64,000 nt of DNA from Pristiophorus japonicus (taxonomy: Eukaryota). The stretch spans positions 186,001-250,000 of the forward strand of contig NC_091981.1 in NCBI RefSeq assembly GCF_044704955.1, written 5' to 3'. A program made the position numbers and the translations under genes. The notes below the pieces were generated by a model. That model worked only from the letters and a program-made list of their open reading frames with translations, had not been told where the DNA came from and made no database searches. Below, piece by piece: positions 25,205-40,200 of the stretch (its first letter is position 1; each line of letters opens with the position of its first letter).

Positions 25205-28200
25205 CATCATCATCATAGGCAGTCCTGCGAAGTGAGGAAGACTTGCTTCCACACCAAAAAGGGATGAGTTCACAGGTGTTCCAATGAAGGACCAAATATT
25301 CCAGATCCCGAACTACATCCTGAAGGGTTGAAGATGCCTGTGCGTGGATTTTTTTAACGTGGGGTGACCGTTTCACACCAGCCACCACACGGGCTTGACA
25401 GAGCGAGGTCTTGGTCCAGTGGCAAGGGTTAACCAGGACGACTGGAGACCAGCTCTGCTGCACGGACCTAGTGCGCTCACATATCGCAGTGTGGGCTGGG
25501 CCCCTGGCCCCTGGGCCCTCGCCTCTCCTGGGCCCAGATCACATCCCTCTACAATCTCTCGCCGCTCCTTCGCCCCGACCTCACCGCTCTTGCTGTACCT
25601 GCACACGCTCCAATCACCGACCTGGACCTTGATGACATCACTCTTTGCTGCCGTCGCAGCTCGTGCTGCTCCCTGACATAGACGTCTCCACGCTGCTCCC
25701 CAGGGCCCCCACGCTGCTCCTGAGGCCCCCACGCTGCTCCTGAGGCCCCCACGCTGCTCCTGAGGCCCCCACGCTGCTCCCAAGGCCTCCACGCTGCTCC
25801 CCAGGGCACCCACGCTGCTCCCGAGGCCCCCACGCTGCTCCTGAGGCCCCCTCGCTGCTCTCCAGGGCCCCACGCTGCTCCCCAGGGCCCCACGCTGCTC
25901 CCCAGGGCCCCACGCTGCTCCCCAGGGCCCCCACGCTGCTCCCGAGGCCCCCACGCTGCTCCCCAGGGCCCCCACGCTGCTCCCCAGGGCCCCCACTCTG
26001 CTCCCCAGGGCCCCCACACTGCTCCCCAGGGCCCCCACACTGCTCCCGAGGCCCACACGCTGCTCCCCAGGGCCCCACACTGCTCCCCGGGGCCACACGC
26101 TGCTCCCGAGGCCCGCCACGCTGCTCTCCAGGCCCCCACACTGTTCCCCAGGGCCCCCACGCTGCTCCCAGGGCCCCCACGCTGCTCCCCAGGGCCCCAC
26201 GCTGCTCCCCAGAGCCCCTATGCTGCTCCCCAGGGCCCCACGCTCTCCCCAGGGCCCCCAAGCTGCTCCCGAGGCCCCCATGCTGCTCCCGAGGCCCCCA
26301 TGCTGCTCCCGAGGTCACATGTTGCTCCCCAGGGTGCCCAAGCTGCTCCCCAGGGCCCCCACGCTGCTCGCCAGGCACCCACGCTGCTCCCCAGGGCCCC
26401 CACGCTGCTCCCCAGGCACCCACGCTGCTCCCCAGGGCCCCCACGCTGCTCCCTCGGCCCCCACGCTGCTCCCCAGGGCCCCCACGCTGCTCCCCAGGCA
26501 CCCACGCTGCTCCCCAGGGCCCCCACGCTGCTCCCGAGGCCCCCACACTGCTCCCCAGGGCCCCCACGCTGCTCCCCAGGGCCCCACGCTGCTCCCGAGG
26601 CCCCCACACTGCTCCCCAGGGCCCCCACGTTGCTCCCCAGGGCCCCACGCTATGCCCCAGGGCCCCCACGCTGCTCCTGAGGCCCAACGCTGCTCCCCAG
26701 GGCCCCCAAGCTGCTCCCCAGGGCCCCCAAGCTGCTCCCCAGGGCCCCCAAGCTGCTCACCCGGGCCCCCATGCTGCTCCCCAGGGCCCCCACGCTGCTC
26801 CAGATGCCCCCATGCTGCTCCCGAGGCCCCCACGCTGCTCCCCAGGGCCCCCACGCTGCTCCCCAGGGCCCCACGCTGCTCCCGAGGCCCCCACGCTATG
26901 CCGCAGGGCCCCGACGCTGCTCCCGAGGCCCCCACGCTGCTCCCGAGGCACCCACGCTGCTCCGATGGGACCCCACGCTGCTCCTGAGGCCCCCACGCTG
27001 CTCCCCAGGGCCCCTACGCTGCTCCCCAGGGCCCCACGCTGCTCCCGAGGCCCCCACACTGCTCCCCAGGGCCCCCATACTGCTCCCGAGGCCCCCACGC
27101 TGCTCCCCAGGGCCCCCACGCTGCTCCACAGGGCCCCCACACTGCTCCCCAGGGCCCCCACACTGCTCCCCGAGACCCCCACATTGCTCCCCAGGGCCCC
27201 CACACTGCCTCCGAGGCCCCCACGCTGCTCCCTTGGCCCCCACGCTGCTCGCAAGGCCCCTACACTGCTCCCCAGAGCTCCCACGCTGCTCCCCAGGGCC
27301 CCACGCTGCTCCCCAGGGCCCCACGCTGCTCCCGAGGCCCCCACGCTGCTCCCCAGGGGCCCCACACTGCTCCCCAGGGCCCCCACACTGCTCGCCAGCA
27401 TCCCACGCTGCTCCTGAGGCCACCACGCTGCTCTCCAGGCCCCCACGCTGCTCCCCAGGGCCCCCACACTTCTCCCAAGGTCCCCACGCTGCTCCCCAGG
27501 GCCCCACGCTGCTCCCCAGGGCCCCACACTGCTCCCGAGGCCACACGCTGCTCCCCAGGGACCCCACGCTGCTCCCCAGGGCCCCCACGCTGCTCCCCAG
27601 GCCCCCATGCTGCTCCCCAGGGCCCCCATGCTATTCCCGAGGCACCCATGCTGCTCCCCAGGGCCCCCACACTGCTCCCCAGGGCCCCCACGCTGCTCCC
27701 CAGGCCCCCATGCTGCTCCCCAGGGCGCCCACGCTGCTCCCGCGGCCCACACGCTGCTCCAGAGGCCCCCACGCTGCTCCCGAGGCCCCTACGCTGTTCC
27801 CCAGGCCCCCACGCTGCTCCCCACGGCCCCACTCTGCACCCGAGGCCCCCATGCTGCTCCCGAGGCCCCACGCTGCTCCCCAGGGTCCCACGCTATGCCC
27901 CAGGGCCCCCACGCTGCTCCTGAGGACCCCACGCTGCTCCTGAGGCACCCATGCTGCTCCGAGGGCCCCCACGCTGCTCCTGAGGCCCCCATGCTGCTCC
28001 CCAGGGCCCCCACGCTGCTCCCCAGGGCCCCCATGCTGCTCCCGAGGCCCCCATGCTGCTCCTGAGGCCCGCACGCTGCTCCTCAGGGCCCCCACGCTGC
28101 TCCCCAGGGCCCCACGCTGCTCCCCAGGGCCCCACGCTGCTCCCCAGGGCCCCACGCTGCTCCCAAGGGCCCCCACGCTGCTCCCCAGGGTCCCACGCTG

Positions 28201-31200
28201 CTCCCGAGGCCCCCACGCTGCTCTCCAGGCCCCCACGCTGCTCTCCAGGCCCCCACGCTGCTCCCCAGGGTCCCCACGCAGCTCCCCAGGGCCCCCACAC
28301 TGCTCCCGAGGTCCCCACGCTGCTCCCCAGGGCCCCACGTTGCTCCCCAGGGCCTCCAAGCTGCTCCCGAGGCCACATGCTGCTCCCCTGGGCCCCCACG
28401 CTGCACCCCAGGGCCCCCACGCTGCTCCCCAGGGCCCCCACGCTGCTCCCCAGGCCCCCATGCTGCTCCCCAGGGCCCCCACGCTGCTCCCGAGGCCCCC
28501 ACGCTGCTCCCGAGGCCCCCACGCTGCTCCCTAGCGCCCCCAAGTTGCTCCCCAGTGCCCCATGCTATGCCCCAGGGCCCCCACGCTGCTCCCGAAGCCC
28601 CCACACTGTTCCCCAGGGCCCCCACGCTGCTCCCCAGGGCCCCCACGCTGCTACCCAGGCACCCCCGCTGCTCCCCAGGGCCCCCACGCTGCTCCCGAGG
28701 CCCCCATGCTGCTCCCGAGGCCCCCACGCTGCTCCCCAGGGCCCCTACCGTGCTCCCCAGGGCCCCACGCTGCTCCCGAGGCCCCCATGCTGCTCCCCAG
28801 TGCCCCACGCTATGTCCCAGGGCCCCACGCTGCTCCTGTGGCCTCCACGCTGCTCCCCAGGGCCCCCACGCTGCTCCCCAGGGCCCCACGCTGCTCCCCA
28901 GGGCCCCACGCTGCTCCCCAGGGCCCCCAAGCTGCTCCCAAGGGGCCCCAAGCTGCTTCCCAGGGCCCCATGCTGCTCCCCAGGTCACCACACTGCTCCC
29001 CAGGGCCCCCACGTTGCTCCCCAGGGCCCCACGCTATGCCCCAGGACCCCCATGCTGCTCCTGAGGCCCCCACACTGCTCCCGAGGCCCCCACGCTGCTC
29101 CCGATGCCCCCAAGCTGCTCCCCAGGGACCCCACGCTGCTCCCAAGGCCCCCACGCTGCTCCCGATGCCCCCATGCTGCTCCCCAGGGATCCCACGCTGC
29201 TCCCGAGGCCCCTACGCTGCTCCCGAGGCCCCCACGCTGCTCCCCAGGGCCCCCACGCTGCTCCTGAGGCCCCCACGCTGCTCCCGAGGCCCCATGCTGC
29301 TCCCGAGGCACCCACGCTGCTCCGAGGGCCCCCACGCTGCTCCGAGGGCCCCCACGCTGCTCCCAAGGCCCCCACGCTGCTCCCCAGGGCCCCCATGCTG
29401 CTCCCCAGGGCCCCCACGCTGCTCCAGAGGCCCCCACGCTGCTCCAGAGCCCCCCACGCTGCTCCCGCGGCCCCACGCTGCTCCTAACGGCCCCCGCGCT
29501 GCTCCCGAGGCCCCCACGCTGCTCCCCGAGGCCCCCGCGCTGCTCCCCGAGGCCCCCACGCTGCTCCCCGAGGCCCCCACGCTGCGCCCGAGGCCTCCAC
29601 GATGCTCCCCAAACCCCACGCTGCTCCCGAGGCCCCCACACTGCTCCCCAGGGCCCCCACGCCGCTCCGAGGCTCCCACGCTGCTCCCCGGGGCCCACAC
29701 GCTGCTCCCGAGGCCCCCATGCTGCTCCCGAGGCCCACATGCTGCTCCCCAGGGCCCCCACGTTGCTCCCCAGTGCCCCACGCTATGTCCCAGGGCCCCA
29801 CGCTGCTCCCCAGGGCCCCACGCTGCTCCCCAGGGCCCCCAAGCTGCTCCCAAGGGGCCCTAAGCTGCTTCCCAGGGCCCCATGCTGCTCCCCAGGTCTC
29901 CACACTGCTCCCCAGGGCCCCCACGTTGCTCCCCAGGGCCCCACGCTATGCCCCAGGACCCCCATGCTGCTCCTGAGGCCCCCACACTGCTCCCGAGGCC
30001 CCCACGCTGCTCCCGATGCCCCCAAGCTGCTCCCCAGGGACCCCACGCTGCTCCCAAGGCCCCCACGCTGCTCCCGATGCCCCCATGCTGCTCCCCAGGG
30101 ATCCCACGCTGCTCCCGAGGCCCCTACGCTGCTCCCCAGGGCCCCCACGCTGCTCCTGAGGCCCCCACGCTGCTCCCGAGGCCCCATGCTGCTCCCGAGG
30201 CACCCACGCTGCTCCGAGGGCCCCCACGCTGCTCCGAGGGCCCCCACGCTGCTCCCAAGGCCCCCACGCTGCTCCCCAGGGCCCCCATGCTGCTCCCCAG
30301 GGCCCCCACGCTGCTCCAGAGGCCCCCACGCTGCTCCAGAGGCCCCCACGCTGCTCCCGCGGCCCCACGCTGCTCCTAACGGCCCCCGCGCTGCTCCCGA
30401 GGCCCCCACGCTGCTCCCCGAGGCCCCCACGCTGCTCCCCGAGGCCCCCACGCTGCGCCCGAGGCCCCCACGATGCTCCCCAAACCCCACGCTGCTCTCG
30501 AGGCCCCCACACTGCTCCCCAGGGCCCCCACGCCGCTCCGAGGCTCCCACGCTGCTCCCCGGGGCCCCCACGCTGCTCCTGAGGCCCCCACGCTGCTCCC
30601 CAGGGCCCCCACGCTCCTCCCAAGGCCCCCACGCTGCTCCCCAGGGCCCCCATGCTGCTGCCCAGGGCCCCCACGCTGCGCCCCAGGGCCCCCATGCTGC
30701 TCCCAAGGCCCCCACGCTGCTCCCGAGGCCCCCATGCTGCTCCCCAGGGCCCCCACGCTGCTCCCCAGTGTCCCCATGCTGCTCCCGAGGCCCCTACGCT
30801 GCTCCCCAGGACCCCCACACTGCTCCAGAGGCCCCCATGCTGCTCACGAGGCCCCCACGCTGCTCCCCAGGGCCCACACGCTGCTCCCCAAGGCCCCACG
30901 TTGCTCCCGAGGCCCCCACGTTGCTCCCTAGGGCCCCCACGCTGCTCCCCAGGGCCCCCACGCTGCTCCCCAGGGCCCCCACGCTGCTCCCGAGGCCCCA
31001 CACTGCTCCCCAGGGCCCCCACGCTGCTCCCGCGGCCCCAACACTGCTCCCGAAGCCCCCACGCTGCTCCCGAGGGCCCCCACGCTTCTCCCGAGGCCCC
31101 CACGCTGCTCCCGAGGCCCCCACGCTGCTCCCCAGGGCCCAAACGCTGCTCCCCAGGGCCCCCACGCTGCTCCCCAGGGCCCCCACGCTGCTCCCCAGTC

Positions 31201-34200
31201 CCGCACGCTGCTCCCCAGAGACGCCACGCTGCTCCCCAGGGCCCCCACGCTGCTCCCGAGGCCCCCACGCTGCTCCCCTGGGCCCCCACGCTGCTCCGCA
31301 GGGCCCCACGCTGCTCCCCAGTGCCCCCACGCTGCTCCCGAGGCCCCCACGTTGCTCCCCAGGGCCCCCACGCTGCTCCTGAGGCCCCCACGCTGCTCCC
31401 CAGGGCCCCACGCTGCTCCACAGGGCCCCCAAGCTGCTCCCCAGGGCCCCACGCTGCTCCCGAGGCCCCCATGCTGCTCCGGAGGCCCCACGCTGCTCCT
31501 CAGGGCCCCCACGCTGCTCCCGAGGCCCCCACGCTACTCCCCAGGGCCCCCACGTTGCTCCCCAGGGCCCCACGCTATGCCCCAGGGCCCCCACGCTGCT
31601 CCTGAGGCCCCCACGCTGCTCCCTAGGGCCCCCACGCTGCTCCCCAGGGCTCCACGCTGCTCCCCAGGGTCCCCAAGCTGCTCCCCAGGGCCCCACGCTG
31701 CTCCCGAGGCCACATGCTGCTCCCCAGGGCCCCCACACTATGCCCCAGGGCCCCCCACGCTGCTCCTGAGGCACCCACACTGCTCCCGAGGCCCCCACGC
31801 TGCTCCCGAGGGCCCCCACGTTGCTCCCGAGGCCCCCACGGTGCTCCCCAGGGCCCCACGCTATGCCGCAGGGCCCTGACGCTGCTCCCCAGGGCCCCAC
31901 GCTGCTCCCGAGGCCCCCACACTGCTCCCCAGGGCCCTCACACTGCTCCCGAGGCCCCCACGCTGCTCCCCAGGGACCCCACGCTGCTCCCCAGGGCCCC
32001 CACACTGCTCCCCAGGGCCCCCACACTGCTCCCCGAGACCCCCACATTGCTCCCCAGGGCCCCCACACTGCTCCCGTGGCCCCCACGCTGCTCCCTTGGC
32101 CCCCACGCTGCTCGCAAGGCCCCTACACTGCTCCCCAGAGCTCCCACGCTGCTCCCCAGGGCCCCACGCTGCTCCCCAGGGCCCCACGCTGCTCCCGAGG
32201 CCCCCACGCTGCTCCCCAGGGGCCCCACACTGCTCCCCAGGGCCCCCACACTGCTCGCCAGCGTCCCATGCTGCTCCTGAGGCCACCACGCTGCTCTCCA
32301 GGCCCCCACGCTGCTCCCCAGGCCCCCCACACTGCTCCCAAGTTCCCCACGCTGATCCCCAGGGCCCCACGCTGCTCCCCAGGGCCCCCACGCTGCTCCC
32401 CAGGCCCCCATGCTGCTCCCCAGGGCCCCACGCTGCTCCTGAGGCCCCCACGCTGCTCCCCAGGGCCCCCACGCTGCTCCCCAGGGCCCCACGCTGCTCC
32501 CCAGGGCCCCACGCTGCTCCCCAGGGCCCCCAAGCTGCTCCCCAGGGGCCCCAAGCTGCTCCCCAGGGCCCCATGCTGCTCCCCAGGTCTCCACGCTGCT
32601 CCCCAGGGCCCCCACGTTGCTCCCCAGGGCCCCACGCTATGCCCCAGGACCCCCATGCTGCTCCTGAGGCCCCCACACTGCTCCCGAGGCCCCCACGCTG
32701 CTCCCGATGCCCCCAAGCTGCTCCCCAGGGACCCCACGCTGCTCCCATGGCCCCCACGCTGCTCCCGATGCCCCCATGCTGCTCCCCAGGGATCCCACGC
32801 TGCTCCGAGGGCCCCCACGCTGCTCCGAGGGCCTCCACGCTGCTCCCAAGGCCCCCACGCTGCTCCCCAGGGCCCCCATGCTGCTCACCAGGGCCCCCAC
32901 GCTGCTCCAGAGGCCCCACGCTGCTCCAGAGGCCCCCACGCTGCTCCTCACGGCCCCCGCGCTGCTCCCGGGGCCCCCACGGTGCGCCCGAGGCCCCCAC
33001 GATGCTCCCCAAACCCCACGCTGCTCCCGAGGCCCCCACACTGCGCCCCAGGGCCCCCACGCCGCTCCGAGGCTCCCACGCTGCTCCCCGGGGCCCCCAC
33101 GCTGCTCCTGAGGCCCCCACGCTGCTCCCCAGGGCCCCCACGCTCCTCCCAAAGGCCCCACGCTGCTCCCCAGGGCCCCCATGCTGCTGCCCAGGGCCCC
33201 CACGCTGCGCCCCAGGGCCCCCATGCTGCTGCCGCAGGGCCCTGACGCTGCTCCCCAGGGCCCCACGCTGCTCCCGAGGCCCCCACACTGCTCCCCAGGG
33301 CCCTCACACTGCTCCCGAGGCCCCCACGCTGCTCCCCAGGGACCCCACGCTGCTCCCCAGGGCCCCCACACTGCTCCCCAGGGCCCCCACACTGCTCCCC
33401 GAGACCCCCACATTGCTCCCCAGGGCCCCCACACTGCTCCCGAGGCCCCCACGCTGCTCCCTTGGCCCCCACGCTGCTCGCAAGGCCCCTACACTGCTCC
33501 CCAGAGCTCCCACGCTGCTCCCCAGGGCCCCACGCTGCTCCCCAGGGCCCCACGCTGCTCCCGAGGCCCCCACGCTGCTCCCCAGGGGCCCCACACTGCT
33601 CCCCAGGGCCCCCACGTTGCTCCCGAGGCCCCCACGGTGCTCCCCAGGGCCCCACGCTATGCCGCAGGGCCCTGACGCTGCTCCCCAGGGCCCCACGCTG
33701 CTCCCGAGGCCCCCACACTGCTCCCCAGGGCCCTCACACTGCTCCCGAGGCCCCCACGCTGCTCCCCAGGGACCCCACGCTGCTCCCCAGGGCCCCCACA
33801 CTGCTCCCCAGGGCCCCCACACTGCTCCCCGAGACCCCCATATTGCTCCCCAGGGCCCCCACACTGCTCCCGAGGCCCCCACGCAGCTCCCTTGGCCCCC
33901 ACGCTGCTCGCAAGGCCCCTACACTGCTCCCCAGAGCTCCCACGCTGCTCCCCAGGGCCCCACGCTGCTCCCCAGGGCCCCACGCTGCTCCCGAGGCCCC
34001 CACGCTGCTCCCCAGGGGCCCCACACTGCTCCCCAGGGCCGCACACTGCTCCGAAGGCTCCCATGCTGCTCCCGAGGCCACACGCTGCTCCCCAGGGACC
34101 CCAAGCTGCTCCCCAGGGCCCCCACGCTGCTCCCCAGGCCCCCATGCTGCTCCCCAGGGCCCCCACGCTACTCCCGAGGCACCCATGCTGCTCCCCAGGG

Positions 34201-37200
34201 ACCCCACACTGCTCCCCAGGGCCCCCACGCTGCTCCCCAGGCCCCCAAGCTGCTCCCCAGGGCCCCCAAGCTGCTCCCCAGGGCCCCCAAGCTGCTCCCC
34301 AGGGCCCCATGCTGCTTCCCAGGCCTCCACGCTGCTCCCCAGGGCCCCCACGCTGCTCCCGATGCCCCCATGCTGCTCCCGAGGCCCCCACGCTATGCCG
34401 CAGGGCCCCGACGCTGCTCCCGAGGCCCCCACGCTGCTCCCGAGGCACCCACGCTGCTCCGAGGGACCCCACGCTGCTCCTGAGGCCCCGACGCTGCTCC
34501 CCAGGGCCCCCACGCTGCTCCCCAGGGCCCCCACGCTGCTCCCGAGGCCCCCACACTGCTCCCCAGAGCTCCCACGCTGCTCCCCGAGGGCCCCCACGCT
34601 GCTCCCCAGGGGCCCCACACTGCTCACCAGGGCCCCCACACTGCTCGCCAGCGTCCCACGCTGCTCCTGAGGCCACCACGCTGCTCTCCAGGCCCCTACG
34701 CTGCTCCCCAGAGCCCCACACTGCTCCCCAGGCCCCCATGCTGCTCCCCAGGGCCCCCACGCTGCTCCCCAGGGCCCCACGCTGCTCCCCAGGGCCCCAC
34801 ACTGCTCCCCAGGCCCCCATGCTGCTCCCCAGGGCCCCCACGCTACTCCCGAGGCACCCATGCTGCTCCGAGGGCCCCCACGCTGCTCCTGAGGCCCCCA
34901 CGCTGCTCCCCAGGGCCCCCACGCTGCTCCCCAGGGCCCCCATGCTGCTCCCGAGGCCCCCATGCTGCTCCTGAGGCCCGCACGCTGCTCCTCAGGGCCC
35001 CCACGCTGCTCCCAAGAGCCCCCACGCTGCTCCCCAGGGTCCCACGCTGCTCCCGAGGCCCCCACGCTGCTCTCCAGGCCCCCACGCTGCTCCCCAGGGT
35101 CCCCACGCAGCTCCCCAGGGACCCCACGCTGCTCCCGAGGTCCCCACGCTGCTCCCCAGGGCCACCACGCTGCTCCGCAGGGCCCCCACGCTGCTCCCCA
35201 GGCCCCCATGCTGCTCCCCAGGGCCCCCATGCTGCTCCCGAGGCCCCCACGCTACTCCCCAGGGCCCCCACGTTGCTCCCCAGGGCCCCACGCTATGCCC
35301 CAGGACCCCCATGCTGCTCCTGAGGCCCCCACACTGCTCCCGAGGCCCCCACGCTGCTCCCGATGCCCCCAAGCTGCTCCCCAGGGACCCCACGCTGCTC
35401 CTCACGGCCCCCGCGCTGCTCCCGGGGCCCCCACGCTGCGCCCGAGGCCCCCACGATGCTCCCCAAACCCCACGCTGCTCCCGAGGCCCCCACACTGCGC
35501 CCCAGGGCCCCCACGCCGCTCCGAGGCTCCCACGCTGCTCCCCGGGGCCCCCACGCTGCTCCTGAGGCCCCCACGCTGCTCCCCAGGGCCCCCACGCTCC
35601 TCCCAAAGGCCCCACGCTGCTCCCCAGGGCCCCCATGCTGCTGCCCAGGGCCCCCACGCTGCGCCCCAGGGCCCCCATGCTGCTGCCGCAGGGCCCTGAC
35701 GCTGCTCCCCAGGGCCCCACGCTGCTCCCGAGGCCCCCACACTGCTCACCAGGGCCCTCACACTGCTCCCGAGGCCCCCACGCTGCTCCCCAGGGACCCC
35801 ACGCTGCTCCCCAGGGCCCCCACACTGCTCCCCAGGGCCCCCACACTGCTCCCCGAGACCCCCACATTGCTCCCCAGGGCCCCCACACTGCTCCCGAGGC
35901 CCCCACGCTGCTCCCTTGGCCCCCACGCTGCTCGCAAGGCCCCTACACTGCTCCCCAGAGCTCCCACGCTGCTCCCCAGGGCCCCACGCTGCTCCCCAGG
36001 GCCCCACGCTGCTCCCGAGGCCCCCACGCTGCTCCCCAGGGGCCCCACACTGCTCCCCAGGGCCCCCACGTTGCTCCCGAGGCCCCCACGGTGCTCCCCA
36101 GGGCCCCACGCTATGCCGCAGGGCCCTGACGCTGCTCCCCAGGGCCCCACGCTGCTCCCGAGGCCCCCACACTGCTCCCCAGGGCCCTCACACTGCTCCC
36201 GAGGCCCCCACGCTGCTCCCCAGGGACCCCACGCTGCTCCCCAGGGCCCCCACACTGCTCCCCAGGGCCCCCACACTGCTCCCCGAGACCCCCATATTGC
36301 TCCCCAGGGCCCCCACACTGCTCCCGAGGCCCCCACGCAGCTCCCTTGGCCCCCACGCTGCTCGCAAGGCCCCTACACTGCTCCCCAGAGCTCCCACGCT
36401 GCTCCCCAGGGCCCCACGCTGCTCCCCAGGGCCCCACGCTGCTCCCGAGGCCCCCACGCTGCTCCCCAGGGGCCCCACACTGCTCCCCAGGGCCGCACAC
36501 TGCTCCGAAGGCTCCCATGCTGCTCCCGAGGCCACACGCTGCTCCCCAGGGACCCCAAGCTGCTCCCCAGGGACCCCACGCTGCTCCCCAGGCCCCCATG
36601 CTGCTCCCCAGGGCCCCCACGCTACTCCCGAGGCACCCATGCTGCTCCCCAGGGACCCCACACTGCTCCCCAGGGCCCCCACGCTGCTCCCCAGGCCCCC
36701 AAGCTGCTCCCCAGGGCCCCCAAGCTGCTCCCCAGGGCCCCCAAGCTGCTCCCCAGGGCCCCATGCTGCTTCCCAGGCCTCCACGCTGCTCCCCAGGGCC
36801 CCCACGCTGCTCCCGATGCCCCCATGCTGCTCCCGAGGCCCCCACGCTATGCCGCAGGGCCCCGACGCTGCTCCCGAGGCCCCCACGCTGCTCCTGAGGC
36901 ACCCACGCTACTCCGAGGGACCCCACGCTGCTCCTGAGGCCCCGACGCTGCTCCCCAGGGCCCCCACGCTGCTCCCCAGGGCCCCCACGCTGCTCCCGAG
37001 GCCCCCACACTGCTCCCCAGAGCTCCCACGCTGCTCCCCGAGGGCCCCCACGCTGCTCCCCAGGGGCCCCACACTGCTCACCAGGGCCCCCACACTGCTC
37101 GCCAGCGTCCCACGCTGCTCCTGAGGCCACCACGCTGCTCTCCAGGCCCCTACGCTGCTCCCCAGAGCCCCACACTGCTCCCCAGGCCCCCATGCTGCTC

Positions 37201-40200
37201 CCCAGGGCCCCCACGCTGCTCCCCAGGGCCCCACGCTGCTCCCCAGGGCCCCACACTGCTCCCCAGGCCCCCATGCTGCTCCCCAGGGCCCCCACGCTAC
37301 TCCCGAGGCACCCATGCTGCTCCGAGGGCCCCCACGCTGCTCCTGAGGCCCCCACGCTGCTCCCCAGGGCCCCCACGCTGCTCCCCAGGGCCCCCATGCT
37401 GCTCCCGAGGCCCCCATGCTGCTCCTGAGGCCCGCACGCTGCTCCTCAGGGCCCCCACGCTGCTCCCAAGAGCCCCCACGCTGCTCCCCAGGGTCCCACG
37501 CTGCTCCCGAGGCCCCCACGCTGCTCTCCAGGCCCCCACGCTGCTCCCCAGGGTCCCCACGCAGCTCCCCAGGGACCCCACGCTGCTCCCGAGGTCCCCA
37601 CGCTGCTCCCCAGGGCCACCACGCTGCTCCGCAGGGCCCCCACGCTGCTCCCCAGGCCCCCATGCTGCTCCCCAGGGCCCCCATGCTGCTCCCGAGGCCC
37701 CCACGCTACTCCCCAGGGCCCCCACGTTGCTCCCCAGGGCCCCACGCTATGCCCCAGGACCCCCATGCTGCTCCTGAGGCCCCCACACTGCTCCCGAGGC
37801 CCCCACGCTGCTCCCGATGCCCCCAAGCTGCTCCCCAGGGACCCCACGCTGCTCCCAAGGCCCCCACGCTGCTCCCGATGCCCCCACGCTGCTCCGAGGG
37901 CCCCCACGCTGCTCCGAGGGCCCCCACGCTGCTCCCAAGGCCCCCACGTTGCTCCCCAGGGCCCCCATGCTGCTCCCCAGGGCCCCCACGCTGCTCCAGA
38001 GGCCCCACGCTGCTCCAGAGGCCCCCACACTGCTCCTCACGGCCCCCGCGCTGTTCCCGAGGCTCCCGCGCTGCTCCCCGAGGCCCCCACGCTGCGCCCG
38101 AGGCCCCCACGATGCTCCCCAAACCCCACGCTGCTCCCGAGGCCCCCACACTGCTCCCCAGGGCCCCCACGCTGCTCCTCACGGCCCCCGCGCTGCTCCC
38201 GAGGCCCCCACGCTGCACCCCGAGGCCCCCGCGCTGCTCCCCGAGGCCCCCACGCTGCGCCCGAGGCCCCCACGATGCTCCCCAAGCCCCACGCTGCTCC
38301 CGAGGCCCCCACACTGCTCCCCAGGGCCCCCACGCCGCTCCGAGGCTCCCACGCTGCTCCCCGGGGGCCCCCACGCTGCTCCTGAGGCCCCCACGCTGCT
38401 CCCCAGGGCCCCCACGCTCCTCCCAAAGGCCCCACGCTGCTCCCCAGGGCCCCCATGCTGCTGCCCAGGGCCCCCACGCTGCGCCCCAGGGCCCCCATGC
38501 TGCTCCCGAGGCCCCCACGCTGCTCCCGAGGCCCCCATGCTGCTCCCCAGGTCTCCACGCTGCTCCCCAGGGCCCCCACGTTGCTCCCCAGGGCCCCACG
38601 CTATGCCCCAGGACACCCATGCTGCTCCTGAGGCCCCCACACTGCTCCCAAGGCCCCCACGCTGCTCCCGATGCCCCCAAGCTGCTCCCCAGGGACCCCA
38701 CGCTGCTCCCAAGGCCCCCACGCTGCTCCCGATGCCCCCATGCTGCTCCCCAGGGATCCCACACTGCTCCGAGGGCCCCCACGCTGCTCCGAGGGCCCCC
38801 ACGCTGCTCCCAAGGCCCCCACGCTGCTCCCCAGGGCCCCCATGCTGCTCCCCAGGGCCCCCACGCTGCTCCAGAGGCCCCACGCTGCTCCAGAGGCCTC
38901 CACGCTGCTCCTCACGGCCCCCGCGCTGCTCCCGAGGCCCCCGCGCTGCTCCCCAGGGCCCCCACGCCGCTCCGAGGCTCCCACGCTGCTCCCCAGGGCC
39001 CACACGCTGCTCCCCAAGGCCCCACGCTGCTCCCGAGGCCCCACGCTGCTCCCGCGGCCCCCAAGCTGCTCCCGAGGGCCCCCACGCTGCTCCCGAGGCC
39101 CCCACGTTGCTCCCAAGGCCCCCACGTTGCTCCCCAGGGCCCCCACGCTGCTCCTGAGGCCCCCACGCTGCTCCCCAGGGCCCCACGCTGCTCCACAGGG
39201 CCCCCAAGCTGCTCCCCAGGGCCCCACGCTGCTCCCGAGGCCCCCATGCTGCTCCCGAGGCCCCCACGCTGCTCCCCAGGGCCCCCACGTTGCTCCCCAG
39301 GGCCCCACGCTATGCCCCAGGGCCCCCACGCTGCTCCTGAGGCCCCCACGCTGCTCCCCAGGGCCCCCACGCTGCTCCCCAGGGCCCCACGCTGCTCCCC
39401 AGGGCCCCCAAGCTGCTCCCCAGGGCCCCACGCTGCTCCCGAGGCCACATGCTGCTCCCCAGGGCCCCCACACTATGCCCCAGGGCCCCCACGCTGCTCC
39501 TCAGGGCCCCCACACTGCTCCCGAGGCCCCCACGCTGCTCCCGAGGCCCCCACCCTGCTCCCCAGGGCCCCCACGTTGCTCCCGAAGCGCCCACGGTGCT
39601 CCCCAGGGCCCGCACGCTGCTCCCGAAGCCCCCACGCTGCTCCCGAGGCCCCCACGCTGCTCCCCAGGGACCCCACGCTGCTCCCGAAGCCGTCACGCTG
39701 CTCCCAAGGTCCCCCCGTTGCTCCCGAGGCCCCCACTCTGCTCCCCAGGGCCCCCACGCTGCTCCCCAGGACCCCCACGCTGCTCCCGAGGCCCCCACGC
39801 TGCTCCCGAGGCCCCCACACTGCTCCTGAGGCCCCCACGCTGCTCCCGAGGCCCCCACACTGCTCCCGAGGCCCCCACTCTGCTCCCCAGGGCCCCCACG
39901 CTGCTCCCCAGGACCCCCACGCTGCTCCCGAGGCCCCCACGCTGCTCCCGAGGCCCCCACACTGCTCCTGAGGCCCCCACGCTGCTCCCCAGGACCCCCA
40001 CGCTGCTCCCGAGGCCCCCACGCTGCTCCCGAGGCCCCCACACTGCTCCTGAGGCCCCCACGCTGCTCCCGAGGCCCCCATGCTGCTCCCCAGGGCCCCC
40101 ACGCTGCTCCCGAGGCCCCCATGCTACGGCCTGAGGCCCCCACGCTGCTCCCGAGGCCCCCACGCTGCTCCCGAGGCCCCCACACTGCTCCCGAGGCCCC

